Shown piece by piece: positions 28,692 to 40,217 of a stretch of 64,000 nt of DNA. The stretch lies in assembly GCA_017621055.1 (NCBI GenBank), contig JAGATX010000027.1, forward strand, positions 27,551 to 91,550, read 5' to 3'. The position numbers and the translations under genes were made by a program. Each line of letters opens with the position of its first letter. Position 1 is the stretch's first letter. The notes under the pieces are model-generated. The model did not search any database and was not told the origin of the DNA. It saw only the letters and a list, made by a program, of their open reading frames with translations. The stretch is from Muribaculaceae bacterium. GTDB taxonomy: Bacteria > Bacteroidota > Bacteroidia > Bacteroidales > Muribaculaceae.

Positions 28692-29159
28692 CTATTTGCA
28701 GGAGCAGCCCGGGACGGGGATTTTGTCGATGCGACGCTGATGGCGGCCGCCCTCGAAGGGTGTGCTCAGGAAGGTGTCGACAATTTCGAGCGCCAGTTCG
28801 GGAGCTATGAACCGTGCGGGGAGGACGAGCACATTGGCGTCGTTGTGAGCGCGTGCCAGACGTGCCAGTTCAGGGGTCCAGCACAGCGCCGCGCGTATGC
28901 CCTGATGTTTGTTGAGGGTCATGGCAATGCCGTTTCCGCTGCCGCACATGGCAATGCCGGGATAGCAGCGGCCGCTTTCCACGGCTTCGGCGCAGGGATG
29001 CGCGAAGTCGGAATAGTCGCAACTCTCGGCGGAATATGTTCCGAAATCGTCGACGCTTATGCCTTTGCTTTCGAGGTAACCCTCTATAATGCCTTTGAGT
29101 TCATATCCGGCGTGGTCGGAAGCCATGGCCGGGCGGATATTTTCTTTGAGAATAGTCAT
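28692..29159 (-). CDS. rpiB: Ribose 5-phosphate isomerase B
   Basis: SDHAGYELK, CGSGNG, ARAHNDANVL, FEGGRHQRR. Confidence 0.95.
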   Translation of the reverse strand: MTILKENIRPAMASDHAGYELKGIIEGYLESKGISVDDFGTYSAESCDYSDFAHPCAEAVESGRCYPGIAMCGSGNGIAMTLNKHQGIRAALCWTPELARLARAHNDANVLVLPARFIAPELALEIVDTFLSTPFEGGRHQRRIDKIPVPGCSCK

Positions 29160-29168
29160 GGAATAACT

Positions 29169-29265
29169 AATTTAAATTTTATAATTTATAATTGAAAATT
29201 TAAAAATTGGACTATGCGGAACTATCCGCACTGATGTTTCTGATTTTCAACTTTCAAATTTTTCT
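29169..29265. repeat. Inverted pair of about 7-nt-period AT-rich arms around a small GC hairpin
   Basis: Left arm aatttat-aattgaa-aatttaa, core TGCGGA-ACTA-TCCGCA (29215-29230), right arm ttttcaa-ctttcaa-atttttc. Confidence 0.55.
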
Positions 29266-29306
29266 TCCGTTTCTGTTAATTATAACATTTACCGGTTTTA
29301 TAAGTT

Positions 29307-30281
29307 TCATGCGGCGAGTACCTGCCAGACGATGTATGCCACATAAGCGGCGGCGAGGACGGAACCCTCGGCGCGCGTGATGGTGCGCTCGCGGAAAAAC
29401 CAGCCGAAAAGCCAGAAGAGCAGGCACGCTCCCGTGAGCGTGAGCAAATCCACGTTGCCGATGCTGCCGAAGGGCAGCGGGCGCACCACGGCGGCAGTGC
29501 CCAGCACCATGAAGATATTGAATATGTTGCTGCCTATAACATTGCCGAGAGCTATGCCGGGCTTGCCCTTTAGCGCTGCGGTGACCGACGTTGCCAGCTC
29601 TGGCAACGAAGTGCCGGCGGCGACGATGGTGAGTCCTATCACGGCGTCGCTCACACCCAGCGCAGAGGCTATGCCGGAGGCTCCGGCCACAAAACGGTCG
29701 CCGCCGCAGACGAGCATGGCCAGACCGCCGACAATCCACAGGGTGGCCTTGATAGGCGACATGACCTTGACGGCAGGTTCGGCGGCCACATCGGCCTCGC
29801 TGCCCCCTTTGCGCGCCTGGCTGAAAGTGTAGCGCATGAAAATGGCGAAGAACAACAGCAGGAGCACACCGTCGGCACGGCCTACGACGGCCGGCAGGCC
29901 CGTACCGTCGAGCAGCGGCGCGTTGCCGATCGCAAGAAGGGCGAGAGCCGACAGAATGACCAGCGGTATTTCGTTGGTCATAATGCTGCGCTCTATCTTT
30001 ATTGGCGCCACGATGGACGTAACACCGATAATAACCAGGACATTGAAAATATTGGAGCCCACCACGTTGCCTATTGCCAGACCGGCATTGCCGCCGACGG
30101 CCGACACCACGCTGATGGCCAGTTCGGGCGCCGACGTGCCGAAAGCCACGACGGTGAGACCGATTACAAGGTCGCTCACACCCCAGCGGCGTGCCACCGC
30201 CGCGGCACCGTCGGTCAGGCCGTTGGCACCCGCAAGAATGAGCACGAGGCCCAACGCCAGATAAACGATATTCAATAACAT
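29307..30281 (-). CDS. Calcium/sodium antiporter (YrbG family)
   Basis: Two alpha repeats GTSAPE and GTSLPE, each with GN..GSNIFN. Start trimmed to MLLNI. Confidence 0.93.
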   Translation of the reverse strand: MLLNIVYLALGLVLILAGANGLTDGAAAVARRWGVSDLVIGLTVVAFGTSAPELAISVVSAVGGNAGLAIGNVVGSNIFNVLVIIGVTSIVAPIKIERSIMTNEIPLVILSALALLAIGNAPLLDGTGLPAVVGRADGVLLLLFFAIFMRYTFSQARKGGSEADVAAEPAVKVMSPIKATLWIVGGLAMLVCGGDRFVAGASGIASALGVSDAVIGLTIVAAGTSLPELATSVTAALKGKPGIALGNVIGSNIFNIFMVLGTAAVVRPLPFGSIGNVDLLTLTGACLLFWLFGWFFRERTITRAEGSVLAAAYVAYIVWQVLAA

Positions 30282-30419
30282 ATTCGAAAAAAATGTTGAA
30301 AACTGCCGCAAAGTTACCAATTTTTGCGTGGAAACACGCAAACCTATCCGTCCTTGGGCGCAAAGTAGCGGTATTTTGCGCGAAAATTAGTAATTTTGCA
30401 GGAAATTACGCGAAAACGG

Positions 30420-32207
<1,788 letters not shown>

Positions 32208-32211
32208 ACTT

Positions 32212-33150
32212 ATGTCATTGATGTCAAGACTCCTCGGAGCCAAAAACTACGGGCGCTATCTCGGCACACTCAAAAGCAACGATACCGAAGAACACATAGA
32301 TCTGTATTTCTACCGTCCGATAGGCTTTGCCTGGGCATGCCTGGCCGAACGCCTCGGCATTCATCCCAACGCCATAACGATAGCATCCATATTTCTGGGC
32401 GTAGGCGCAGGAATTCTCTTCTATTTCAGCAATATATGGCTCAATTTAGCAGGCATGGTCCTGCTGGTGTGGGCCAACAGCTACGACAGCGCCGACGGCC
32501 AGCTGGCGCGAATGACCGGCCAATATTCGCGTCTGGGGCGCATCCTCGACGGCATGGCCGGCGACCTGTGGTTCATCACAATCTATATCGCCATCTGTCT
32601 GCGCGAGGTGGTGACATCGCCATTCTTCATGGCCCACCCCTGGGCAATATGGGTGCTTGGCGTTGTGGCCGGCGCAAGCCACATACAGCAGGCCGCCATG
32701 GCCGACCACTACCGGCAGCTCCATCTCTTCTTTCTCAAAGGTGCCAGAGGCTCTGAGCTCGAGGACAGCCGCGACCTGGAGTGCCGCTACCGCGAGAACC
32801 CCGGCAATATCTTCAACCGGCTGATAATGTGGTTCTACATCGGTTATACGCGCCGCCAGGAACGATTTACGCCCGCAATGGAGGCGCTCCGACGAAAACT
32901 GCGCGAGCACTATCCTGCGGGAAACGTACCTGCCGCCTTGTCGGCCGATTTCCGTCGGGATAGCCTGCCACTGATGAAGTACACCAACATTCTGAGCTTC
33001 AACTGGCGGTGCATTACCCTTTTCGTGTCGTTGCTGGTGCAGATGCCGTGGATCTATTTCGTTGCCGAGATCACCGCGGGCAATGCAATCCTCATCTATA
33101 TGATGATACGCCACGAAGCCCTCTGCCGTCGTATAGCCGCAGAAATCTGA
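32212..33150 (+). CDS. CDP-alcohol phosphatidyltransferase family protein
   Basis: PNAIT, and DSADGQLARMTGQYSRLGRILDGMAGD matching the CDP-AP signature. Confidence 0.9.
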   Translation: MSLMSRLLGAKNYGRYLGTLKSNDTEEHIDLYFYRPIGFAWACLAERLGIHPNAITIASIFLGVGAGILFYFSNIWLNLAGMVLLVWANSYDSADGQLARMTGQYSRLGRILDGMAGDLWFITIYIAICLREVVTSPFFMAHPWAIWVLGVVAGASHIQQAAMADHYRQLHLFFLKGARGSELEDSRDLECRYRENPGNIFNRLIMWFYIGYTRRQERFTPAMEALRRKLREHYPAGNVPAALSADFRRDSLPLMKYTNILSFNWRCITLFVSLLVQMPWIYFVAEITAGNAILIYMMIRHEALCRRIAAEI

Positions 33151-33193
33151 TATCGCCCTGACTTTAGGCTAAAGCCAAACTGACCTTACAAAC

Positions 33194-33231
33194 TTCAAGG
33201 TCGCAGACACAACAGTGTTTGTGACCTTGAA
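33194..33231. terminator. Long hairpin between convergent genes
   Basis: TTCAAGGTCGCAGACAC-AACA-GTGTTTGTGACCTTGAA. Confidence 0.7.
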
Positions 33232-33235
33232 TCTA

Positions 33236-35620
33236 TCAGTCGAAAGCTCCGGAGATGGCCTCTTCGGCGGTCTCGGGCTCGTCGTCGGCCACAAAGTCGC
33301 TCTCGCAGAGGTTGATGTCGTCGGGGAATGTGAAGCGGGCGCTCTGCGTGTAAGGCAGCGAACTGTCGCCGTAGACTTTACTGATGAACTTGCCGTATAT
33401 AGGCAATGCCATCGAGGCGCCCTGACCCTGAGCCATGTTGTTGAAGTGGATATAGCGGTCTTCGCCGCCTACCCATGTGGCGCTCACGAGGTCGGGGGTG
33501 AAGGCCATGAACCAGCCGTCGGCATTGTCGTTGGTAGTTCCGGTCTTGCCGCCGGTCTGAGCCGTGATATTATAAGGAGGCCGGCGCAACCGGTTGCCGG
33601 TGCCGCTGTCCACAACGTTGAGAAGAACCGAGAGAATGCGCCAATAGCCCTTCTGAGTTATGACCTCGGTCTGACTGGGGGCGAAATCACTGATAATGTT
33701 GCCATTGGCATCGGCTATGGCTGTGACGTACACGGGGTCGGAGCGCATGCCGCCGTTGGCAAAAGCGCTGTAGGCCGTGGCCATTTCCTTGACGGATACC
33801 TCGCATGGACCCAGACAGAGGCTCTTGACAGCCGGCAGACTGTTGGTAATTCCGTAGGAATGCATGCGCTTCACCAGTTCGGCGGGGCTGAGGCGGTCCA
33901 TGATGCGCGCCGATATCCAGTTGTTGGAGTTTGTGAGTGCCCAGCGGAGGTCTACCATCTCGCCTATGCGCGAGTGGCCCGAATTACGAGGCTGCCACAC
34001 GCGGCCGTTCTCGTCATAGAGCGTGGGCTGTTCGTTGAGCATGGTGGTGCACGGCGTGAAGTCGGTCTCGAATGCATAGGTATACAGGAACGGTTTGATG
34101 GTCGAGCCAACCTGACGCCGGCCGGTAGATACCATATCGTACTGGAAGAAACGGAAATCGGGGCCGCCGACATAGGCTTTGACAAAACCCGTGGCCGGAT
34201 CCATGCTCATGAAGCCGGTGCGGAGGAAACTCTTGGTATACAGCAGCGAATCGCGCGGCGTCATCACCGTATCGACCGGTCCGGCATAGCTGAAGACAGT
34301 CATTTCGACGGGAGTATCGAACTGGCGGCGCAACGCCTCGGCGTCCAGGCCGGCAACGCGTGCCACACGTCCGCGTTCGCTCTGGCGCATGGCCGCGCGG
34401 ATAAGATTCTCGCGGGCAGCGTCGCTGAGTTCGGCGCGGTTCGAGGTATATGGTGCGCCGGCCCAGTTGCGTTTTTCGCGGAAGAACTGGCCCTGAAGGC
34501 TTTCCATGTGCTCACGCACTGCCTCCTCGGCATATCGCTGCATGCGCGAGTCGATGGTGGTGTAGATTTTCAGACCGTCGTTGTATATATCGTACTTTGT
34601 GCCGTCGGGCTTGCGGTTTTTCTCCACCCATCCGAACAGGGGGTTGTTGGCCCACGCTATCGAGTCGTCGACATAGGCCTGACGGTCCCACGACGGATAG
34701 TTGGAACGTTCGGGGCGCCTGGCGGTGAGGTAGCGGCGCAGCTCCTCGCGGAAATAGGGTGCCAGACCCTCTTTGTGGTCCACGCGGTGGAAATCGAGCA
34801 CCATGGGCTGCGCCTGCAGGCTGTCGAGCTCGGCGCGGCTCAGCATATCGGCCTTGTACATCTGCTCCAGCACCACGTTGCGGCGCGCCATAGTGCGCTC
34901 GGGGTGGCGGACCGGGTTGAAATAGCTCGGATTCTTGACCATGCCGATGAGCGTGGCGGCCTCAAGGGTGTTTAGCTCCGAGGCCGCCTTGTTGAAGTAC
35001 ACGTTTGCGGCACTCTTGATACCCACGGCATTATAGAGAAAATCGAACTGGTTGAGGTACATTTTCAGGATTTCCTCCTTGGAGTAGAACCGCTCGAGCT
35101 TGATGGCTATCATCCACTCTATGGGCTTCTGCATGGCACGCTGGAAGAGGTTGGACGACGGCGGGGTATAGAGCTGCTTTGCCAGCTGCTGAGTGATGGT
35201 GGAGCCTCCGCCGGCACTCTTGCGCTGAAGCAGCAGGGTTTTGACGGCCACGCGCCCCAGAGCGGCGAGGTCTATGCCCGAGTGCTCGTTGAAACGGGCG
35301 TCTTCGGTGGCTATCAGGGCATCGACAACAGCGGGCGATATCTCGTCGAGGTCGGCATACACACGGTTGCCGGTGCTGCGGAAGTAGCGTCCCAGCTCCT
35401 CGCCGTCCGAAGAGTATACCACCGACGCAAAGCGGTCCTGCGGGTTTTTAAGCTCCTCGATGGGAGGCATATAGCCTATAACTCCGTTGTATACCAGAAT
35501 AAGGAAGACAACCACGAACACCACAGCGGCGGCGAAGAGTATCCACAGCCATTTCACTATCTTTTTTGCCAACGGCGTGGGTTTGGCACCCTTGCGCGGG
35601 CTTTTCTTGTTATCTGTCAT
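33236..35620 (-). CDS. Class A penicillin-binding protein (PBP1A)
   Basis: IATEDARF, GGGSTITQQLAK (transglycosylase); GSTIKP (SxxK), SNN, GKTGT (transpeptidase). Start trimmed to MTDNK. Confidence 0.93.
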   Translation of the reverse strand: MTDNKKSPRKGAKPTPLAKKIVKWLWILFAAAVVFVVVFLILVYNGVIGYMPPIEELKNPQDRFASVVYSSDGEELGRYFRSTGNRVYADLDEISPAVVDALIATEDARFNEHSGIDLAALGRVAVKTLLLQRKSAGGGSTITQQLAKQLYTPPSSNLFQRAMQKPIEWMIAIKLERFYSKEEILKMYLNQFDFLYNAVGIKSAANVYFNKAASELNTLEAATLIGMVKNPSYFNPVRHPERTMARRNVVLEQMYKADMLSRAELDSLQAQPMVLDFHRVDHKEGLAPYFREELRRYLTARRPERSNYPSWDRQAYVDDSIAWANNPLFGWVEKNRKPDGTKYDIYNDGLKIYTTIDSRMQRYAEEAVREHMESLQGQFFREKRNWAGAPYTSNRAELSDAARENLIRAAMRQSERGRVARVAGLDAEALRRQFDTPVEMTVFSYAGPVDTVMTPRDSLLYTKSFLRTGFMSMDPATGFVKAYVGGPDFRFFQYDMVSTGRRQVGSTIKPFLYTYAFETDFTPCTTMLNEQPTLYDENGRVWQPRNSGHSRIGEMVDLRWALTNSNNWISARIMDRLSPAELVKRMHSYGITNSLPAVKSLCLGPCEVSVKEMATAYSAFANGGMRSDPVYVTAIADANGNIISDFAPSQTEVITQKGYWRILSVLLNVVDSGTGNRLRRPPYNITAQTGGKTGTTNDNADGWFMAFTPDLVSATWVGGEDRYIHFNNMAQGQGASMALPIYGKFISKVYGDSSLPYTQSARFTFPDDINLCESDFVADDEPETAEEAISGAFD

Positions 35621-35721
35621 GCAAATAAAGAGTTTTCGAGGCCCTGCAGCGGCGCAGCGCCCCTCCAAACCGCAAAGTTACATAAAATATCGCGATTTTT
35701 ACGCCGATAGCTAAAAAAAGG

Positions 35722-36810
35722 TCAGTCCTTGAGCTGGAGGCGGACACTTTCTTCGTGGATAGCTTCGAGGATTGCCGCCACGAAGCTGTCGTCGAGGCCC
35801 GCATCGCGTCCGCGGCTGCGCCGCAGGGTCATCAGTTCGCTGTAGCGGTCGGGCTGAAGCACCGGCATGGCATGTTTCCTCTTGAAGCGTCCTATCTCGC
35901 GCGACACTGCCATGCGCCGCGACAGCACATCGATAAGTTCATCGTCGAGGGCGTCGATGCGGGCGCGCATATCGTCGAGCTGCGGATTATTGCCGGCGGC
36001 GGCTCCGGCTGCCGGCAGCGAGCGCAGCAGGTCTCCGAGGTCGGCGGGTGTGAGCTGCTGGGCGGCGTCGCTCAGGGCCTGCGACGGTGCGCAATGGCTC
36101 TCAATCATCAGGCCGTCGAAGCCCAGGCGCATGGCCTGACCGGCGACCGGCGCCACAAGATCGCGGCGCCCGGCGATGTGGCTGGGGTCGCACAGCACCG
36201 GCAGCTGAGGTAGCCGGCGGTGCAGCTCTATGGGTATGCGCCACACCGGCGCATTGCGGTATCGGCTCTCGCCGTAGAGGCTGAACCCGCGCAACGACGC
36301 CGCCAGACGGCGCACGCCCGCAGAGTAGATCCTCTCCAGCGCGCCTACCCACAGTTCCAGATCGGGGCTCACGGGATTTTTAACTATCACGGCCAGCGCC
36401 TGGCGACGCTCCGGCGTCATGGCGGCGAAACAGTCGGCAAGTTCCTGAACGGCAAAGGGATTTGCGCTGGTGCGGGCGCCTATCCACACGGCGTCGACAC
36501 CGGCGGCGGCTACGGTCTGGAGGTGTTCGGGTGTGGCTACCTCGGTGGCTGTGAGCATGCCCGTGCGCTCCTTGACTTCGGCAAGCCACGGCAGTGCGGC
36601 GGCACCGACACCCTCGAAGGCTCCGGGCTTGGTGCGCGGTTTCCACAGACCGGCGCGGAAAATGCGCACACCCTCGGCCGCCAGCGCCTCGGCGGTGGCA
36701 ACAGTCTGCTCGCGGCTCTCGGCGCTGCACGGCCCCGCCAGCACCAGCGGCGATGTCATGCGGCCGAACAGCGGCGCTACTTCCTTAATTATGCTGCATT
36801 GTTTTTCCAC
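35722..36810 (-). CDS. Bifunctional DAHP synthase / chorismate mutase
   Basis: AGPCSAES, WKPRTKPGAFEG, DPSHIAG, DAAQQL, plus C-terminal chorismate mutase domain (RARIDALD..R..SREIG). The GTG at 36810 is only 4 nt from a TAACTTTG element, so the ATG at 36759 is an alternative start. Confidence 0.92.
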   Translation of the reverse strand: MEKQCSIIKEVAPLFGRMTSPLVLAGPCSAESREQTVATAEALAAEGVRIFRAGLWKPRTKPGAFEGVGAAALPWLAEVKERTGMLTATEVATPEHLQTVAAAGVDAVWIGARTSANPFAVQELADCFAAMTPERRQALAVIVKNPVSPDLELWVGALERIYSAGVRRLAASLRGFSLYGESRYRNAPVWRIPIELHRRLPQLPVLCDPSHIAGRRDLVAPVAGQAMRLGFDGLMIESHCAPSQALSDAAQQLTPADLGDLLRSLPAAGAAAGNNPQLDDMRARIDALDDELIDVLSRRMAVSREIGRFKRKHAMPVLQPDRYSELMTLRRSRGRDAGLDDSFVAAILEAIHEESVRLQLKD

Positions 36811-36893
36811 ACTGCAAAGTTACGAATTTTCCGGGCTATAATACAGCTGCTCCGAAAAATTGACAATATTCGCGAAAATGGCGGCTTATACCA

Positions 36894-37730
36894 TTATCTG
36901 CGGTAGTCATCGTGGATGAAGCGGGCGACGGAGTCGGTGGTATTGGGGTCTATCACAACGTCGGCGGCAGCTTTGACTTCCGGAAAGGCATTTCCCACGG
37001 CCACTGCCACGTCGGCGACGGCGAGCATGGGCAGGTCGTTGAGATTATCGCCGAAGACCACAAGACGGTCGGCGCCTACGCGCTGTTTCAGACGCCCTAT
37101 AGCGGCGGCTTTGCTCACGCCGGGGGCAAAGACTTCGAGATTTGCCACCGCCGTATTGAAAATATCGGGATAGCAGAACACCGAGCAGTCGGTTTCTGCG
37201 CGCAAGGCGTCGGCAGCACGCTCCACAGCGGTGCGCTCGCCCATGGCAAAGCATATCAGTGTGTTCGCGCGAGCGTCGTCGGGTACTTGCGAGCGCATAT
37301 GGAACCGTTTGAACGCCAAATGCTTGCGCTCGAGGTAGAAATTTTCCTCGGCTTTGTTCATTGCATCGGCACCGTGGTATACGTCGAGGCTGGCGCCGTC
37401 GGCGCCCATGGTGTAGACAAACGGATGCACTCCGTGGCGGCGGCAGGCGGCCAGAGCGGCGCTGCATCCCTCGGCGGTGAAATATCGGGTGTCGGAAAAA
37501 CGGCGGTCGCCGGCGTGCCACATGGCGGCGCCCGTCATCACTATTGCGGGCAGACGCAGGCCGCAAGCAGCCGTGAGTGGTCCTTGTGTGGCAGGGGTTC
37601 GTGCGGTGGCTACTGTGACGAGCGCGCCGCTGTCCACGGCCTCGGAAATGAGGGCTGCCGAGCGTTCGCTCACGCGACTGTCGGCGCCCAGCAGGGTGCC
37701 ATCCATGTCGCTGACGTATAGGGTTTTCAT
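36894..37730 (-). CDS. Cof-type HAD-IIB hydrolase
   Basis: SDMDGTLL, ATAR, VSKA, FGDNLNDLPM. Confidence 0.92.
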   Translation of the reverse strand: MKTLYVSDMDGTLLGADSRVSERSAALISEAVDSGALVTVATARTPATQGPLTAACGLRLPAIVMTGAAMWHAGDRRFSDTRYFTAEGCSAALAACRRHGVHPFVYTMGADGASLDVYHGADAMNKAEENFYLERKHLAFKRFHMRSQVPDDARANTLICFAMGERTAVERAADALRAETDCSVFCYPDIFNTAVANLEVFAPGVSKAAAIGRLKQRVGADRLVVFGDNLNDLPMLAVADVAVAVGNAFPEVKAAADVVIDPNTTDSVARFIHDDYRR

Positions 37731-39013
37731 TCTTTGTCGAAGCGGCTTTTTCGGTCGGCGTCGACGGGCAGCCAGCGGTAGAGCCGGTCGGAAGGCCGTA
37801 TCTTGGCGGGCACGGCTATAGAGAAAGCGTCGCCCTTAACAGCGCGCTCCACAGAGCGACCGTCAACGCGAATATCGTCGACGGTGATTATCAGAGCACC
37901 GGTGGTAGGACCGGTGATCACCACTTCGTCGCCGCGGCAGAGTTCGGCGCCTTCCATAAAGAACTCGCCCACGCCCAGGCCCGAGAAATACTTCACTCCT
38001 TTGGCAACATATTCCTTTACCCGCGTTGCCGATGAGCCGTACTTGCCGCTCCACTCGCCCAGGCGCTGCCCCAGATAGTAACCGTCCCAGAAGCCGCGGT
38101 TGAAAATTTTGGCGAGGCGTTCGTCCCAACGCGCCACGGCTTCAGCGCCGTATGTTCCACTGCATATGGCGTCGAGGGCCTCGGAGTAGCACTCCACTGC
38201 CGTGCGCACATATTCGGGACCGCGGGCGCGTCCCTCGATTTTGAACACACGCACGCCGGCATCGGCCATGCGATCCAGGAAATGGATGGTTTTGAGGTCT
38301 TTGGGCGACATTATATATTTGTTGTCGACCTTAAGAGCGTCGCCGGTCTCGAGGTCGGTCACCTCGTAGCCGCGACGGCATATCTGCGTGCAGCTGCCAC
38401 GGTTGGCGCTGGAATTCATCTGATGGAGCGAGAGATAGCACTTTCCGGAAACAGCCATGCAGAGGGCGCCGTGGCAGAACATTTCCAGACGCACGCGTTC
38501 GCCGCGGGGTCCGCGGATATCTTCGGCGTCGATGGCGTCGGCTATGGCGCGCACCTGCTCGAGGTTGAGCTCCCGGGCGAGCACCATGACGTCGGCCCAT
38601 GCGGCATAGAAACGCACGGCCTCGATGTTCGATATGTTGCACTGCGTAGAGATGTGCACTTCCATGCCGTGACGGCGGCAGGCGGCGAAGACGGCAATAT
38701 CGGAGGCTATGATCGCACTGACGCCGGCCTCGGCGGCCGCCTGGACAATCTCGTCGACGCGCCGGAGGTCGGCGTCGTAGACAATGGTGTTCACCGTCAG
38801 ATAAGTGCGCACGCCGGCGGCGGTGGCTACCGATACTATCTGCCGCAGGTCATCGAGGCTGAAATTGGCGCTCGAGCGCGACCGCATATTAAGACCGCCG
38901 ACACCGAAATAAACGGCATCGGCGCCGGCAGCTATGGCGGCGGCAAGGGAGTCATAGCTCCCCACCGGCGCCATGATTTCAAAATCGGAGCGTGTCAGGG
39001 CTGTGAGCTTCAG
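37727..39013 (-). CDS. Peptidase U32 family protein (TrhP/YegQ-like RNA hydroxylase)
   Basis: GADAVYFG, EMFCHGALC..SGKC..S, NRGSCTQICR Fe-S cysteines, KIEGR, C-terminal barrel. First ATG at 38974; probable CTG start at 39013 (see findings). Confidence 0.88.
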   Translation of the reverse strand: MKLTALTRSDFEIMAPVGSYDSLAAAIAAGADAVYFGVGGLNMRSRSSANFSLDDLRQIVSVATAAGVRTYLTVNTIVYDADLRRVDEIVQAAAEAGVSAIIASDIAVFAACRRHGMEVHISTQCNISNIEAVRFYAAWADVMVLARELNLEQVRAIADAIDAEDIRGPRGERVRLEMFCHGALCMAVSGKCYLSLHQMNSSANRGSCTQICRRGYEVTDLETGDALKVDNKYIMSPKDLKTIHFLDRMADAGVRVFKIEGRARGPEYVRTAVECYSEALDAICSGTYGAEAVARWDERLAKIFNRGFWDGYYLGQRLGEWSGKYGSSATRVKEYVAKGVKYFSGLGVGEFFMEGAELCRGDEVVITGPTTGALIITVDDIRVDGRSVERAVKGDAFSIAVPAKIRPSDRLYRWLPVDADRKSRFDKE

Positions 39014-39420
39014 TTAGCTTCGGTGGCACCCTCGGCGTCGGCGGCAGGAGCCTCGGCGGGGATTTCCACAACCTCTACTGCCTCGTTCTCGGTCTCGGTA
39101 ACCTCTACGGGAGCGGTGCCGAGCTGGCCGGCGGCGGGCAGGGTTGCGGCGGGAGCGCTCTCGGTGGGTATGGCGCGCAGGCGTTCGGTGGGTTTAACGG
39201 CTCCCGAGGTGTAGGCCGATACTATGGAGAGGACGGCAAGGATGGCCACAAGACTCCATGTTGCTTTTTCGAGGAAGCTGTTGGTCTGACGTACGCCCAT
39301 CACGGAACCGGCGCCGCCGAACTGCGACGACAGGCCGCCGCCTTTCGATTTCTGTATCAGTACAATGCCGATAAGAAGGACGGCAACGAGGATTGTGAGG
39401 GCAATTATGACAACGTGCAT
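39010..39420 (-). CDS. secG: Preprotein translocase subunit SecG
   Basis: VLIQKSKGGGLSSQFGG..GVRQTNSFLEKATW, with a long acidic tail. Confidence 0.92.
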   Translation of the reverse strand: MHVVIIALTILVAVLLIGIVLIQKSKGGGLSSQFGGAGSVMGVRQTNSFLEKATWSLVAILAVLSIVSAYTSGAVKPTERLRAIPTESAPAATLPAAGQLGTAPVEVTETENEAVEVVEIPAEAPAADAEGATEAN

Positions 39421-39446
39421 AGCGTAAATTGGTGATATTATTTGTT

Positions 39447-40217
39447 TTAACGTTTAAAATCGGGCGGCTGTACGCCACGGGCGTGACAGTCGGCCACTAT
39501 TACTTTGCGTAAAAACCGCAATTGGTCTGCAAAGTAAGCACTTTTTTTTGGAAATTTCAAATTTAACGACGATATAATGTCGTAAGCACGCTCATAGCGG
39601 TGCTGTTTTACGAAAACGGCGGCGAGGGCTTCGCTGAGGAGACTGTCGTCGGCAGCCTTTGCCGGTGGAGCCACCGGCGTGCTGTCGGTGTCGCTGCCTG
39701 GCGCCGGCGCCGGCACGGCCTCGGGGGTCTGCGTGGCGGGATGGTGGCTGAGGATGAACGCCGCTATTCGTCCGTCGTCGCTGGCGGGGTCGGCGGGCGC
39801 GGCGGGCAGGTTTTCCTGCTCTTCACGTGCCAGAATTTCGCCATAGTCGGGCGTAGGATTGAAAATCATCTTCTCGAGGAGAGCCTCTTCTTCGGGCGAG
39901 GTGTTGCCGTAGGTTCTCAGGAAGGTGTCGATCACATCGTCGGTGGCGTGGCTTTCGGGCTTCTGAGGCGGATAGAATTCCGTCCAGGCGTCGCCGGCAG
40001 AGGCCGCGCCGATCGTTGCGGTGTCGGAGCAACCCAGCACCACGCGCGCACGTGCGGTGTCGATGTCGGCTACGGCGCCGGGGGTGCGCAGAGCTGCTAT
40101 CCACACCGCTGTGGCATAAGGCATTGCTTTGACGGCGGCAGCCACGGTCTCGCCATCTACAGTCTCGCCGGCGGCAACGGCAGAGAGCATGGCCTTTATC
40201 TTGTCGGCGTTCTCCAT
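39447..40217 (-). CDS. Conserved Bacteroidetes hypothetical protein (TPR-like C-terminus)
   Basis: LSEALAAVFVKQHRYERAYDII..L.LKFPKKSAYFADQ motif, in the usual position between lptE and secG. Confidence 0.75.
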   Translation of the reverse strand: MENADKIKAMLSAVAAGETVDGETVAAAVKAMPYATAVWIAALRTPGAVADIDTARARVVLGCSDTATIGAASAGDAWTEFYPPQKPESHATDDVIDTFLRTYGNTSPEEEALLEKMIFNPTPDYGEILAREEQENLPAAPADPASDDGRIAAFILSHHPATQTPEAVPAPAPGSDTDSTPVAPPAKAADDSLLSEALAAVFVKQHRYERAYDIISSLNLKFPKKSAYFADQLRFLRKVIVADCHARGVQPPDFKR

